A stretch of DNA of 63,294 bases, filler included, from Octopus bimaculoides (lineage: Eukaryota): assembly GCF_001194135.2 (NCBI RefSeq). It is 7 parts of 6 records of this genome, joined end to end, with 100 filler letters (N's around TTAATTAATTAA, not from the genome) between each part and the next. Parts side by side here need not be neighbours in the genome. Positions count along the whole stretch, not along the records: positions 1 to 17,810 come from NC_068989.1; 6 more parts are not named here. The stretch is one strand, 5' to 3'. The notes below the pieces were generated by a model. That model saw nothing but the letters and a program-made list of their open reading frames with translations. It was not told where the DNA came from and searched no databases. Shown here one piece after another: positions 1 to 13,499 of the stretch. Position numbers and translations under genes: made by a program. Each line of letters begins with the position of its first letter. Positions within the stretch are counted from its first letter, which is position 1.

Positions 1-30
1 ACATAGACGTATAGATATATAAACATATGG

Positions 31-63
<33 letters not shown>

Positions 64-64
<1 letters not shown>

Positions 65-890
65 ACCCTGGTAGATAAAGCAATTAAGAATATGAAGGCA
101 GGGAAAGCATCTGGCCCATCAGGAATCACTGCTGAGATGCTTAAAATATCAGGCAGTGTCTTGTCACCCACATCGTAAATCAGGCAGTTCATGAAGGACC
201 ATAGTCAACTGCTACAATGGTAAAGGTGATGCTTTAGACAGCAATAACTACAGGGGTATCAAATTATTGGATCAGGTGATGAAAGTTACAGAGAGGGTCA
301 TAGCCCAACTAATTACAGAGACAGTTAGCCTAGATGAGATGCAGATTGGCTTTGTGCCAGGCAGAAGCACCACTGATGCTATATTTCTGGTAAGGCAACT
401 GCAGGAGAAATATCTAGTGAAAGGTAAACCTCTGTACTTGGCTTTTGTTGAATTGGAGAAAGCCTTTGAGAGGGTCCCACAATCCCTTATCTAGTGGTCA
501 GTGTGGAAACTGGAGATAAACGAGTGGTTGGTAAGAGCTGTACAAGCCCTGTACAGGGATGCTGCTAGTAAAGTGAGTGTTGGCAACAAGTATAGTGAAG
601 CATTCCAATTAGAAGTAGGGGTTTACCAAGGATCAGTCCTCAACCCCCTCTTATTCATTATAGTCCTCCAGGCAATAACAGTGGAATTCAAGACAGGGTG
701 CCCCTGAGAGCTCCTCTATGCTGATGACACTGCTAAAACCAAAGTCTTAGTAAGTAGAAAGGCTGTCAAATCACAAACCCTTTCAGGTAAATGGCTCTGC
801 TTGATCTGTAGAAAAGGTGTAGGTAGAAACTCCATATGATGTACCCAGTGTAAGCAATGGACACAAAAGGTGCTGCGATATCAAAGGAAT
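64..890 (+). mobile_element. RTE-clade LINE, degraded reverse transcriptase fragment
   Basis: Translates to KAIKNMKAGKASGPSGITAEMLK...QIGFVPGRSTTDAIFLVRQLQEKYL...LAFVELEKAFERVP...GVYQGSVLNPLLFIIVL...LLYADD, with in-frame stops. Homologous to the copy at 17525-17810. Confidence 0.9.
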
Positions 891-1160
891 ACAGTTATAT
901 TTAAGAGATGAGGAATTATGTACATTATTTATAATTGACAGATATTTGTCCTCATCTTGTTTGTTGTTAACACAACCTCCAGCCTTCATCAGGTGTCTTG
1001 GGGAAATTTTGAACCTGGGTTCTCATTCCTAAGGTATTTTTCGATGTTGTTGTTGTTATTCTTCTTCTTATTATTATTATTCAGGTCACTGCCTGGAATC
1101 AAACTCGGAATCTTGGGGTTAGTAGCCCACACTCTTAACCACTACGCCATATGCCCGGTG
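890..1160 (-). mobile_element. Short non-autonomous retroelement: tRNA-derived head, (AAT/AAC)n linker, Penelope-like tail
   Basis: Minus strand begins GGGCATATGGCGTAGTGGTTAAGAGTGTGGGCTACTAACCCCAAGATTCCGAGTTTGATTCC (A/B-box-like). The tail contains CTGATGA and matches 62247-62321. Confidence 0.6.
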
Positions 1161-1299
1161 CTGTCATTGGCCATGTCAGCAAATTTGGTTTAGATTTTGA
1201 TTTCACTTGCCTCAATAGATCTTCGCAAGCAACGCATAAGCAGGCTGGTTACACCGATGGCATAGGCCACAGGTTATAGTCTCACTTTTTGTACTCAAA

Positions 1300-4200
1300 C
1301 ACTTTCACATTAGGATAAGCACAATGTACTCTTCCATAGTACATACCTCATGTTGATACCTATACATCAGACTGAATGCTGTTTTATCTCCGAAGTGAAT
1401 ATTGCAAGTAATATTTAAGTAATAAACAGTTCTTTGGCTTTTGCATTTGATGACTGTGGCTTTACGTATTTTATGGAGTGTTGCAGTCCAGCCCAATCAC
1501 TTTGAGTGACTGACCCTGGGCTTTGTTGATGGTCATGACAAAGCTTAGACATACAGGGAACTGTACTCTTTTCATTGGGAATACACAGTCAGTTGGAATT
1601 AGTGGTATTCAGGAAATGAAAACTGTCACCAGTCCCTTGACCCGTTATGATTTCAGCCTCGATAACATCATCCAACAATTGGGTTACAAGCAACTGGGTG
1701 CCATTGTAAAGCCGAGGAGATTCCAAGTTTCTCAGTAGAATAATTGAACCTCCAAGTCTGAGTTTGCAAGGTGGCATTCCTGACGGTTCTTAGGAGTTTA
1801 AAAATTCTGTTGGGTAAACCATTACTTGTATTGGAGCCGTTATTGAATCAATAGATGCATAGATTCGCTCCTGGGTTGGAAGTTGACGAAAGAAGCACAT
1901 GTTAAGAGCTTGGACAGTGGCGTTTGTTGGAGATAAAATGGCCCTTTCACATATCCATTGGTGACTAACGTAGTTTGTTGAAAGGTCAGGGTAAACTGTT
2001 CTGCAAAGATCCTCGTGGCCGGAGACGTAGTTACCGATGGTACTTATATCAGCCTAACCATTTGCGTCCATTGGTAAGTTCCCATTATCAACATCTAATA
2101 ACTTTGCAGCACTCATCACCACCCTCTTGTTGGTGAAGAATCGAGCGCATGTTGATGGTTGACTTTCTCGTCTGGACGAAACATCAAAGATGAGAATGTC
2201 TGATGCAAACTTCTATTTCATCACCTGGTGACCTTTTGGGACGATGGGAAGAGTTTGACGAAAGTCCTCAGCAAGAAGCAAAACAACACCACCGAACGGT
2301 TCGGAGCTGGAGCGCAGGTCTTGTAGTGTTGCATTGATGGCATCAAATGCATTCTTGTGAGGCATTGTTGCCTCCTCCCATACTATCAATTTACATTTTT
2401 GAAAGACAACAGCCTCATCAGAATTCTTCCTTATGTTGGTTGAAGAATTTTCGACATGACTGATGTTAAGAGGAAGCTTAAATGTTGAATGGACTGTTCT
2501 ACTGCCATCTAACAGCATGGCTGCTATTCCTGAAGACGTCATTGCAATGGCTAACTGCCCACGTTGGTGAACTTTGGCAAGAAGGAGGTTGAGTAGAAAT
2601 GTCTTTCCTGTGCCACCTGGCGCATCAAAGAAGATGATGCCACCATTGTATTGATGAAACAAAATTGAAGACATCAGCTTGTTCGGGATTCAACCGGCGT
2701 ACTCGTTCTTGAATGTAGGACAGAAGATTTGAAGCATCATAGCATGTCTCCTAAGTAAGTAAGTGGCAGTTACAAACAGCCTCATTTTCTCATTTACGGG
2801 ACTCGACATAGCTCTTCAAAGGAAGACCACTTATTTGCAAAGTTGTATCTTCTAGAAACATCAGACTGCAGCTGTACATTTCTGGTGTAAACTGCAAATT
2901 CATGTTTGAAGATCCGAAACGGGATTGCATAAGAATGTCGAGACACATGCTGTCATGATATCTATCCCATAAAGAGTGAGGATTTTGGAAACCACTGAAC
3001 ACTAGCATAACGGCAAAAAGCTTGTGAAGAGCTTTTGGTGACTTCAAAGTGGATGCCACATGGAGGGCATGATCATATTGATCATTGTTGTCAAGAAGAC
3101 CTAATTTGGAGCAGGTCACTTTAAATGATGAACAAATATTGCCGTTGACAGTGCGAAGATCAGCGTAGCAAGTTGGACCTGTGATAACATGCAAAAGAAG
3201 ATGGAAGTGAAAGCACTCTGATTTGAGCGGATGAACTGTGTACACTCTTGAGGACATCAGCTTCATGCATTGACGGATCCCTTTGTGAAATACATCCTTG
3301 CTTTCTTTTTTGCCAACAGCAGGGAGAATAATTCCGTGTAGAATGTAGGCATCTCCGCATAAAGAAGGGTTCTCGCTAAAGAGTCAGAACTGCAAAGGTC
3401 AAAGAATCCAATAAGTGTTGATTTTCGAGGTAGTTGTGCACAGTCATGCATATTTTCCTCATTAAAATACACCCGTTGACCATTCTCCAAATGAATACTG
3501 AGGTAATAACTGCAGGTTCACGTTCATGGATTGGAAAACCAAATATGCGCCAAAATGCCTCGTTGGAAGAGATGTAGTGCCCGGTTTGGTAAAACGTGAT
3601 TTCATCTGTGGTGACATCAGAGTTATCTGTCCTAACCAACTCAATAACTGCTCAATCTGATCCCTTATGAACATACTTGCAGATGTTTTGGATTGAATTT
3701 ACACAGTTGCAGAATTCAACGTTTATGTGGGCTGAAAACATTTTACAAATCACCTTGTTTTGTGGCATAACCCATCTGTTGTCGATATTGAAATCTTGAC
3801 CATCAACCGTTGATATAATTGCTGTATGTCCACCCTCTTGTGGTGCCTTGCAACAGTATAAAGGGTAGCCATCATTGCCAGTCTTGGTTTCATGTATAAG
3901 TTTTCATGGGTAACGCTTTGTGCACTTCCCATTGTCCATACATGCAGAGTTACGATTAAGATGGCCACACGGTCCATGGATCACGTTGGTTTTAATAATA
4001 TGAAAAATGACTGTCTTCTTGGGGATTTGGCAATTCAACACTGATAATGGAATCAACATCAGCCAACATGAGTATATGGGCATGTGGAAGTCCTCTCTTC
4101 TGCCATTCAATGGTGTACATGAAACACCGTACTGGTTCAAAAAGTTGTCCACACCTAATAACATCCATCATTTTCTTACGCTCAAGGTGAAACACTCTCG

Positions 4201-6090
4201 ATATGATATCATGCCTGTCTGAAGGATTTTGGCCAGGAAATAGGTGAGACTAGATATCTCTCCATTTAGGATTGCAAGTGAAGGTGATGAAAAGATCAGG
4301 ACGGCCACATTGGCGGACATAGGTAAGAGCATCCTGCATTTTTTCATGTATGATGATGGGAGAATGACAGGAAGCCCAACATCCCAAGCCATAATCTGAT
4401 CATTTTGGTTGACTTCATCATGCAGATTGCCATATTCTTCTGCATGCAGTTCCTTTTGATGGTGTCTAATCCATTGGAGGTGTTCAGTGTCAACCTGGAA
4501 AATGGAAAAAAACTCGTGCTATATAATCTGAGAACTGGCTTAGGAAATTACCATAACGAAATCATAAAAGACGCAATAATTACCTTAGCAAATATGTCTA
4601 TACAATATTGATTGAGGAGCATCCGTGCTCTTTGCAGAATGTTGATGTCGTCTTTGTGAACCTTAAGTCTAAATGTATAAAATTCCATTTGGGAAATAGT
4701 TTTCAATGGTTGAAGATTCATTAAAGTTACCAGATTACACTTTGGTAAGTCAATGCAGTAGCCATCATCACCAAAAGGGAAAAGTAATGGATACTGGAGG
4801 ACATCATATGCAGGATTAAGTTCATTTATTCATTGGAGATGCAAGTTCTGCCATTCAAGAACAAAATCACGTTTTGAAGCACTCTCATGGGGACCCGTTA
4901 TAAGCAGAGCAATCTCGTCTGTTTGGAGACTGTTAAAACAACCCTGATGCTGGCCTGGTGTAGTGTGGTCAGCTTGAATGACAACCTTGAAATGATTAGT
5001 ATTGGCATCTCTGTGCTGAAAAGCAGTTTTGAAAATAGTAACGTAAGGGTTAACAGTATGAAGCATATTTTGAAGGAGTTGTAGAAGAGATGCTATTGTT
5101 CCAGAAATAACTGAGGCTCTTTGTGCAGTTTCTTCAGGGCCATTTCCCATAAAGTAAATCTGAAGAAAACTGTGCTCATTGCCATCTTGTGGAATCAGGG
5201 AACCAATTTGATAGTAAATTTGGCCTTGTACTTTGAATGTGGGCATGTAATTTCCATCTCTTATTGGTTTATGTCCAAAACTGGTCATTTGGAAAGTGGA
5301 ATTGTAGGCTCTTATATTGCGTAGAAAGTGTTTAGAACCTGGGTGGTCACCAAGAAGCAGGGAAGTCAAAGGTTCGGCACCGACTTTCAAATGAAGCAAT
5401 CTAACCGTCCCATTGGAGCAACAAATACCGGCAGATTCTGCTGGTCACCGCATTGCGTTACAATGGACACACACAGTTGACATGCTACCAATGATGATAT
5501 GTGGGTGGGATGCGTAGTCCTCTTGAGGGCTGTCATGGAAAGCCTTGTTAGACCATTAACACAAAGAAACCCTCGGAAAGACATGACATATTTTCCATTG
5601 AGAATCAGCTTCAAGCTTTGTTGCCCATTGGTCAGCAGTCTCTAAAGCACAGCTATTTGACGTGGAAGCAGCATCGCGTGCATGCCAACGGTCAGCTTGT
5701 TCAGGTGTTTCTGAAGCTTTAGCCATCGATGTAGAGGCAGCATCGCATGCACATCAATGGTCATCTTGTTCGGGTGTTTCTAAAGCTCTAGCCATCGACA
5801 TAGAGGCAGCATCATGTCCACGCTGACGGTCAGCTTGTTCAGGTGTTTCTGAAACTCTACCCATCAATGTAGAAGCAGCATCGCATGCACGCTGAAGGTC
5901 AGCTTATTCAGGTGTTTCTGAAGCTCTAGCCATTGACGTAGAGGCAGCAGTGTGTGCACGGCAATGTTCCGTTTGTTCAGCTGTCTCGCTTGCACGCAGT
6001 GAATGCATAACAAAAGCATGTCTTGTTTTATTGCCAAGGTTACTCTTTCTTCCTCGAGGCATCCTATCAAGAAATCTGAAATTCAATAAA
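1300..6090 (-). mobile_element. Helitron RepHel transposase, near full length, frameshifted
   Basis: Ordered minus-strand fragments: N-terminus MPRGRKSNLG plus 23-aa repeats; TFKVQGQIY; HUH Rep motif TIEWQKRGLPHAHIL; HGPCG...CTKRYP; PIF1-like helicase DAPGGTGKTFL, SSGIAAMLL...TVHSTFKLP, FGGVVLLLAEDFRQTLP, IILLRNL...LYNGT. Many stops and frameshifts. Termini not resolved. Confidence 0.95.
5668..5955 (-). repeat. 69-bp tandem repeat (about 4.3 copies) in the Helitron N-terminal coding region
   Basis: GCAGCA anchor at 5668, 5737, 5806, 5875 and 5944; encodes an ASTSMARASETPEQADRQR-like unit. Confidence 0.9.
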
Positions 6091-7539
6091 ACCTAACCAA
6101 ATGAAATCAAAAAATTTACCTCAATGGTTTTTGCAAGCTCTCAATATGGTATCTCAACAAATACCCAGTATGTTTAAAAAGGAATTTTGGCACGATATTG
6201 TCAGCACAAAAATAAACGTAATTGTGAATGAGCAAAGAAGCACGTACAGACAAAAATTATATTAAGAAAATTAACCTCAAAATTTTACGCGTTCTCATAG
6301 ACCTGGGCTGTTTCTTCTCAATAAGGATAATTGATGGATAACAAACCTTAATAACATAATAAGTGAAAAGGACAGAGAAAGAAAGTGAAAGATGTATGTA
6401 CATCTATATGAAATGGACGTGTGTGTGTGCGATTGTGTGTGAGAGAGAGAAAAAGAGAGATAAAGTGAGTGAGTGATGGTGTGTGTCGTGATGATTGATG
6501 TCTTTTAAGGTACACACACATATAGAAAATGTGACTGTTATAGGGACTGTTAGATTTGTTATTCGTCTGATGTCTCATGTTTCAATGTGGTTCGTCTGAG
6601 TTCATTGTTTCATTGTTGTTGTTCTGAATGACTGGGGTAGTAAAATGTCACTGATATATATGGTGGACATGACTTTTGTTTATTAGCATCGAACTTTGAG
6701 TGAGTGCGTTCTTTGTATGTAATTGAATAATAAATGTAATAATTAAATTGTACAACTCGTTGTCTTTTCTCTGCGAGTCTCCCGAGAGGAATACAACGTC
6801 ATTGTATAAAATGTTTACAATAGTTGATTTATGGAAAAGATTATAATGTTAAATATTTGAAATGCAAATATGTGAATGGAAATTAAGTTTAATTAGTAGC
6901 CGGAATAGTACTGATTCTTTGGATACCCCATACATCAAAATTTGTAATTCGGTTTTGGAACGTAATACTGAAATAGTGTGAGATAAGTGATTGCTCTGGG
7001 ATCAAATTAGGCAAGAGATTGGAAATTTTTTTTGGCCCATGACACTGCATGGAAATTGGCTTTTTATTTGATGACTGTTGCTTTAGGTATTTTATTTCGA
7101 TTTTATGTATATATGTATGTATGAGCCAATGAGGGAAACCTCTACCTGGTAGCTAGACCCGGTAGTAATAGCAGCCAAATCTCCCTCAAAACACCGTACT
7201 ATCTTAATCCCACAATTCTGCCTATTATGTAATTTAAATGAGAAACTGTAACTAAAGATTAAGAATATTAACCCCAAAATTCTCCACGTTTTAATAGCAA
7301 TCAATTTTTTCTCTTTTTTTGCTTAATTAGTAGTTTTTCATGTCAGCTGTAAAGGTGAAGAGGGTTAACTTGGACGGTGTTAAGTAGACGAGATGTTTAG
7401 TGATTGTATAGGGTGGTTAATTTTGACTGTTTCTTCTCAATAAGGATAACTGATAGATAAAGAATCTTAACACAATATATAGTGGAATCAGACATCATAA
7501 GAGAGAGAAAGAGAGGAAAAAAGACAGACAGCATAGCGA

Positions 7540-7775
7540 CGGTTTTGGATGACTGTCATCCTGTATTCCTCTTGTTGTTTTTAAAAGAACTTTGAGAAAA
7601 ACAAACAAGGAAGTCACAGACAAAGCTGCTCTGCAACAATTCCTGAGGGTATACAGGGTGACACCGAACCCCAATACACAAGCAGGAAGTTCACCAGCAG
7701 AACTGATGTTCATGAGGAAAGTGAAATCAGATTTTGATAAACTGTTAGTGGTGACAAGAATATTACAGTGGCAAT
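7540..7775 (+). mobile_element. Gypsy-like LTR retrotransposon integrase C-terminal fragment
   Basis: LQQFLRVYRVTPNPNTQAGSSPAELMFMRKVKSDFDKL resembles the YRxTP...SPAELxxGR region that follows the Gypsy integrase core. Confidence 0.75.
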
Positions 7776-7835
7776 AATAATATGCAAGTGGACGAGGATC
7801 CACATTATAACAGATATATATATTTATTCTTTTCT

Positions 7836-8247
7836 TTTACTTGTTTCAGTCATTTTGACTGTGGCTATGCTGGAGCACCGCTTTTCAGTTGAAGAAATTG
7901 ACCCCTGGGCTTATTCTTTGTAAGCCTGGTATTTATTTTATCAGTCTTTTTTGCCAAACTGCTAGCTTATGGGGACATAAACACACCAAGATTGGTTATC
8001 AAGCAATAGTGGAGGGACAAACACAGACACACACATACATACACACACACATATATATATATGTGTGTATATATATATATATANNNNNNNNNNTACGACA
8101 GGCTTCTTTCAGTTTCCGTCTACCAAATCCATACACAAGGCTTTGGTTAGCCCAAGGCTACAGTAGAAAACACTTGTTCAAAGTGCCATGCAGTGGAACT
8201 GTACCCAGAACCATGTGGTTGGGAAGCTTCTTACCACACAGCCATAC
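7836..8247 (-). mobile_element. SINE family A (tRNA-like head, central microsatellite)
   Basis: Matches the recurrent consensus cttttacttgtttcagtcatt...tacgacgggcttctttcagtttcc...cttaccacacagccac found at about ten sites in the window. Confidence 0.85.
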
Positions 8248-8299
8248 AGAGAGAGAGAGAGATAAAGAGAGAGAGAGAGAGAGAGATAAAGAGAGACAG

Positions 8300-9200
8300 A
8301 GATACTGATCTCTGGAAACCTGTTACAGTCTCATTCCTAAGAAGAGCAAGCCCTCTGATCCCCACCAACTACCACAACCCCTTTCTCCAGAAAAAGAAGG
8401 TAACTAATCAAATGACTTGTAATTGAAATGCACGCAGAGCCACTTTCCTTAGTTTTGTGGAGAAAGCATATTTGTCAATATATCGTTGTAGTTAAAATTT
8501 CAAAATACTCAAGAATTAAAAAATTCCATATATAGCATTCTATGCATTGGAGAGTTTGACTTGGAATTTAATTGTCCAACAAGAAAATGGTCTAGTAGGA
8601 TAAGAGCATTAAAAATCAGCATGAAATACAAGTTTGTAACCTTAATCCCAGCCAAAGCACATAAATCTAGCATCTGATAATGGGATCAATAAATTAAATG
8701 AGGTTAATCAGTAAAATTAATCCATGGACTATCTATACCTTTTGTCTTGTCAGTAATTATGTAACAGCTGCCAAAATGTCCAGTAAGGCTAATGCACACC
8801 AAATTATATTTAATTCATTATTTCACCCAAGATGCAGATTTGTCAGCAGCACAAACTAAAATCCAATTCTCCTGTGAAAAACTTGAACAAACAGATTTAT
8901 TTTGCTGGACTTCATCCTCCTTGCAACATACTCTCCATTCTCATAAATTTGTAGCAGGGACTTCCACCCCTTTGTTAAAAGAATCTCTACCAACTTTGCT
9001 GAATTCTATCCAGCACTCCATTTAGGATGGCTCTGTTAATGGCAGTTTTGCTGAAAAGGCCTATTTTCACCCCAACTTTACACTGTATTCTCTGATCAAA
9101 ATGCTTCCCAAACATACTTTCTCTACACTCCCATTCCTATCATGTGAAAATTCCCCCAATTAATCATCCAGTTCAACAAGGTAAGTTAGTGACATCCCTT
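8300..9200 (+). mobile_element. Degraded Jockey/CR1-like LINE fragments
   Basis: PKKSKPSDPTNYH (start of the RT domain) at about 8335-8380; FVKRISTNFAEF...DGS...AEKA linker-like segment at about 8970-9060. Confidence 0.5.
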
Positions 9201-9687
9201 ATATCATCCAAAACAGAATGCACTAGCATTTCCTTCAATCCTCAGCCAACACCTTAGTCTCTCTTTCTCTACAAACATGAAGCTGGACATGAAAACGAAT
9301 TCAAAGACCATAAATTCAATGAAACTGGTATAGCTGGACATGACAATTCTGTGAAAGACCGGAAGAATTAGCTGAATGCATACAAATTTGATAAGAAGCC
9401 ATAATGGAAATGGTGGTGTGATCACCAAAATGCAGTTTTTATACTATTACGATGAGGATACCTTGAACCAAGTTGGAAATATTTACATGAACCTAACAAA
9501 CCCATCAGATTCCTTGAAATTTTCATGGTGGACTATTATTGACTCCATGAGTGATAGTGGATATTTACATCAACTGGTAAAAAAAACAAGGCAGATAAGG
9601 CCACCTATATTTATGCCATCCAATTTAAAACAAGTACACAGCATGCGTAAATCTACATCAACTGATGTCATGAGATTAAAAGTAAAA

Positions 9688-9760
9688 TTAATCTTCCTTA
9701 CCAAAATTGCCATTTTCAAGAGTTTTAGTCACAAATAGTTTATCACCTTGCCGGAGTTTC
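9688..9760 (-). CDS. SGO1: Shugoshin, probable last coding exon (KLRQGDKLFVTKTLENGNFGKED*)
   Basis: Acceptor ttttcttatttag at 9761; the phase-2 join completes TTG(L), followed by KLRQGD, the second half of the shugoshin SGO motif. Stop TAA at 9690-9688. An internal G|gtaagg near 9701 could allow a further exon. Confidence 0.85.
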
Positions 9761-10329
9761 CTAAATAAGAAAAACAATTAAAAAACTTTTAGAATGCAAG
9801 ACAATTAAGAGGAATTAGAACACAAAACATTCTCTTTCATTAACATTTCTTTAAAAATATAACAAAGAAAAACTTCCTTTCTGAAAACAAATTTTAAAAA
9901 TTGAATCATGTTAACTTTTAATAAAGGATGAATTAAAAGTAGTGACAGCAGCAGAGAGAGAGAGAGAGAGTAAGAGAGAGAGTGAGTGAGTGAGTTAGTG
10001 TATGAGTGAGAGTGAGTGAGTGAGTTAGTGTATGAGTGAGAGTGAGTGTGTGTGTTTTTGCTTACAACTGTGCACACTTATATGAAAGACATAGCATCTG
10101 AGTAGTGTTGTCATTAGCACTTTCGTCAATAAATCATCTGCTCCCTTCTTGCCTTTGAAACTGTGTGAAATAAGAGATTCGTTATTTGAAAACCTGCTAA
10201 GGGGAGACATGAGGAAGAATAGCCAGCTGTAAAATAATACCTCAGTAACATATTAGTCTAACTTATACTGGCATGGAAAAATGAACCTAAAAATGGACAA
10301 ACAAAAACAATGCAACATTTTACAGGCAT

Positions 10330-10890
10330 AGAAAAACACAATTTGTATGGGTATAAGAGGCACCAGATGTTGTGTGCGAGAGAGAAAACTGTGCTGGTTT
10401 GGTCAGGTGATGCGTATGGATGAGGACAGCTGAGTAAAGAAGTACTGAGCTCTAATTGTGGAAGGTACCTGTAAAAGAGGTAGACCTGGGAAAACATGGG
10501 ACGAAGTGGTGAGAAAGGATCTTTGGATGCTGGGCCTCACTGAGGAAATGACAAGGGACCGGGAGATGTGGTGATTTGCTGTACTTGATAAGACATGTCA
10601 AGCTAAGTAAAATTGCTGTCTTCCACACATACAGGCTTGTCCTTTCAGGTACCAGTGCTGTGTTAATGCACCCATGCCAGGGCTGCGTAAACGCAAAAGT
10701 GCCAGTGACACATAAAAGGCACCCGGTACACTCTTAAGTGGTTGGTGTTAGGAAAGACATCCAGCTGTAGAAACCATGTATCAACAGACAGCTGGAGTTT
10801 GGGCAGCTCCCTGCCAGCTAGCTCCTTGTCAAACAGTCCAACCCAAGCCAGCATGGAAAGGAGACGTTTAACAATGATGTGTGATAAGAA
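10330..10890 (+). mobile_element. RTE LINE 3' end with 3' UTR
   Basis: RERKLCWFGQVMRM...VEGTCKRGRPGKTWDEVVRKD, then the tail gttaggaaagacatccagctgtagaaac...gcatggaaaggagacgtt...gatg. Confidence 0.85.
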
Positions 10891-13424
10891 CAATCATGTT
10901 AGAGGTACCAGCAGCAATATACCATTATTTGTCTGCTCCATCTTCCTTCGTACCTGGCTAGAAACATTGTAGCTCTTTTTGGGTGGTAGCCTTGATTAAC
11001 ACCACTACCTTGTCCTAGGGTGTTTTTAGCAGAATTCACTCTATTACAAGCAGGATACTGGCCTGAAGATAGCTTGATATGTACATTGCCTCCCCCACCA
11101 CCCTCAGAGGTTCATCAAAAGTCATAGCACTCCTTTCCATCTCTGATTAAGCCATAAATCCATAAATATAGGCAAAAATCTTTAACCAGAAATGTTATCT
11201 TAACCTTTTCTCATACCCAAACTACATTTTATCCCAAATGACTATATCTTCATCTGATTGCCATCCCTTTTTTAATTATTTTAACCACTTCCTAAATTCA
11301 TATTTATTATATCATTCTGGTTTTCCTTCCTTTTTCATATCTTATTTTATGTAACAATACCTTACATTGATGCCAAGTAGAGAAATCCTAGAAGATCAAT
11401 AGTCAGGATCACCAACTTCTATCAAGAGTAGCTAAAATGCATCCATAGGGATGGCATCCATGGTTGGAAAGATTCACTATAACTCAAGCTCAAATTCATA
11501 ATAATGGAACTGCATGGTGACAGAGAATCATGGTAATCCACAAAAGCAGTGCGACTGAATTTTATCTATTTATTTTGCTCTAAGTTTTATTTAAAAGATC
11601 TTTTTTTTTACCCTTGATTCACAATCTATGATATGTAGCTTGTGTGTATAAATGTCTATTGCCACCATCATTTGATGCTATCAATCTGAAAATAAGTTCT
11701 TTTCTTCTTCCCACCAGTATCAAAGGCCCTGAAAAGAAACAGATCTTCATTTCTGACAAAACCATAAAAGAAAAATTAGGCTATACCAATAATCCCCCTC
11801 TTAATTTGCAAATATCACATGATCTACCTTCCATCTTACCCACTGCTCTAAATACTAATTTTGAAGTAAAGTAACCCAGCTTCAAAAGTCTCTTAAACAT
11901 TATATCATGAGCTATGTGATTGGCCCTTCAATATAATTTCATATTCTTGGTTTACATATTTAGTCACAATGGAAATTTCTTATATTAACCAATAAAACAT
12001 GTTAAAATTGGTATAAGTAACTTTCAGCTATCCATTTTGGTTATCATCAATGTTATGCCAACTTTTTCTATGTTGAAATAGGTTAGACAAGTTATTGAGG
12101 CAATACTCTATGGTCACATACCCTTCCAGTTGCCAACCTTACTTGCATTTCAAATATTTTTATTGCACTGATCTTCAAACATCAAAACCAATGAAACTAC
12201 TAAGCTACAGGCTGTGTTGTTCACAGGAGTCATAAACAAATGTCACTGCAGCTCAAATAGTGTTTGTCGAGATATGTAGAAGGGCTGTGCCATGACTTTT
12301 GCAGAACCTCTGAAGCTGGTAGGGCAAACAATGGAGACATCAAGTTATCCTCAGACCAGTGACCTGCTTATAACAGAGTGAACTCTGCTAAAAACACCCA
12401 AATGTGGTATCAGGAGACTATAAAGTAGTTTTACTACCCAAGAAGAGGTACAGTATAACAGGGTTCTATCTACCCAGTTTCATTTACAAGGCTTTAGTCA
12501 ACCAACTACACACACACAATAGGCTTCCATACAGCTTCTGGCAACTGAATTTCATTTGCAGGACATTGATCAGCATGAAGTTATAATAGAAGACTTTGCC
12601 CAAAATACTTCAGACCAAATAAGTGCAAAGGAAACTTTGCAACTACACAGCTATGTTTGCACCAATTCTATCATCATCAAATTTAGTATCTAATAAAATT
12701 TGAATGATCTTCATGCATCTGTGAATTTGAGAAAAAAAACAAAAAAAAAAAACAGGAATGACTTACGCAGACATGACTGACAACAGTTAGCTCAGAAAAC
12801 AAATTTGAAGGTTATCTTTTTGGGGGGAATATTGAAAATACAGGTAGAAAATGTTACAGTTCCACTGTAGACAACTCTAGCAGTAATAATTTCCTTTATC
12901 AGTAGTGGTGAAAATGAAATTGAAGCAATTCATGAAGTAAGTGATGCTTTGCTGTAATATCACTTGGTTTACAAGACTAATACAAAATTGAGAGAGAGAT
13001 TTTTAATATATACTTTTCTCAGCGGCCAGGGAATATGGAAAAGAAACTTAAAAGAATGACTCAAAACAAGGTAAGTGATATGAGCAATTGGTTGGAGCAG
13101 TTGACAAGTGAACTTTGCAACCATATTTCCTTGTCATATTTTCCCATCTGAAAGGACATTATGGATAATGTGGTCCTGGTTACAGTAAATATGAAAAATA
13201 TGAAGATAGGATGGCCATGACAGGTGCAGCTATTCTGAAATAAAACCAATTGGAAGACAGCTGAGATTTTATGACAAGCTTCCCATCTTCACCTATTTTC
13301 TGTATACTGAGTTGTACAAAAGAGGCTAAGTCGTTATAAGATATAGCAGAACAAAACTTTTACAAGTCCTAATTTCATTGACATTTTTATAGCAATTACA
13401 TTATTAAATAATAGTAATACTTAC

Positions 13425-13499
13425 AAATTTAATGCAGGCTCTCTGTATGATATTGATTTAATAGCAGTCCTTCGAGGACGTTTAACACCAAAGGTGTCC
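13425..13499 (-). CDS. SGO1: Shugoshin exon carrying the SGO motif (DTFGVKRPRRTAIKSISYREPALN)
   Basis: 75 nt, acceptor tttttcag, donor gtaagta, phase 2/2. RPRRxxxKSxSYxEPxL is the diagnostic shugoshin C-terminal basic motif. Confidence 0.9.

Noticed and set aside
9376-9738. 120-aa plus-strand ORF
   Set aside because: Overlaps the shugoshin last exon and 3' region in antisense; no recognisable motif.
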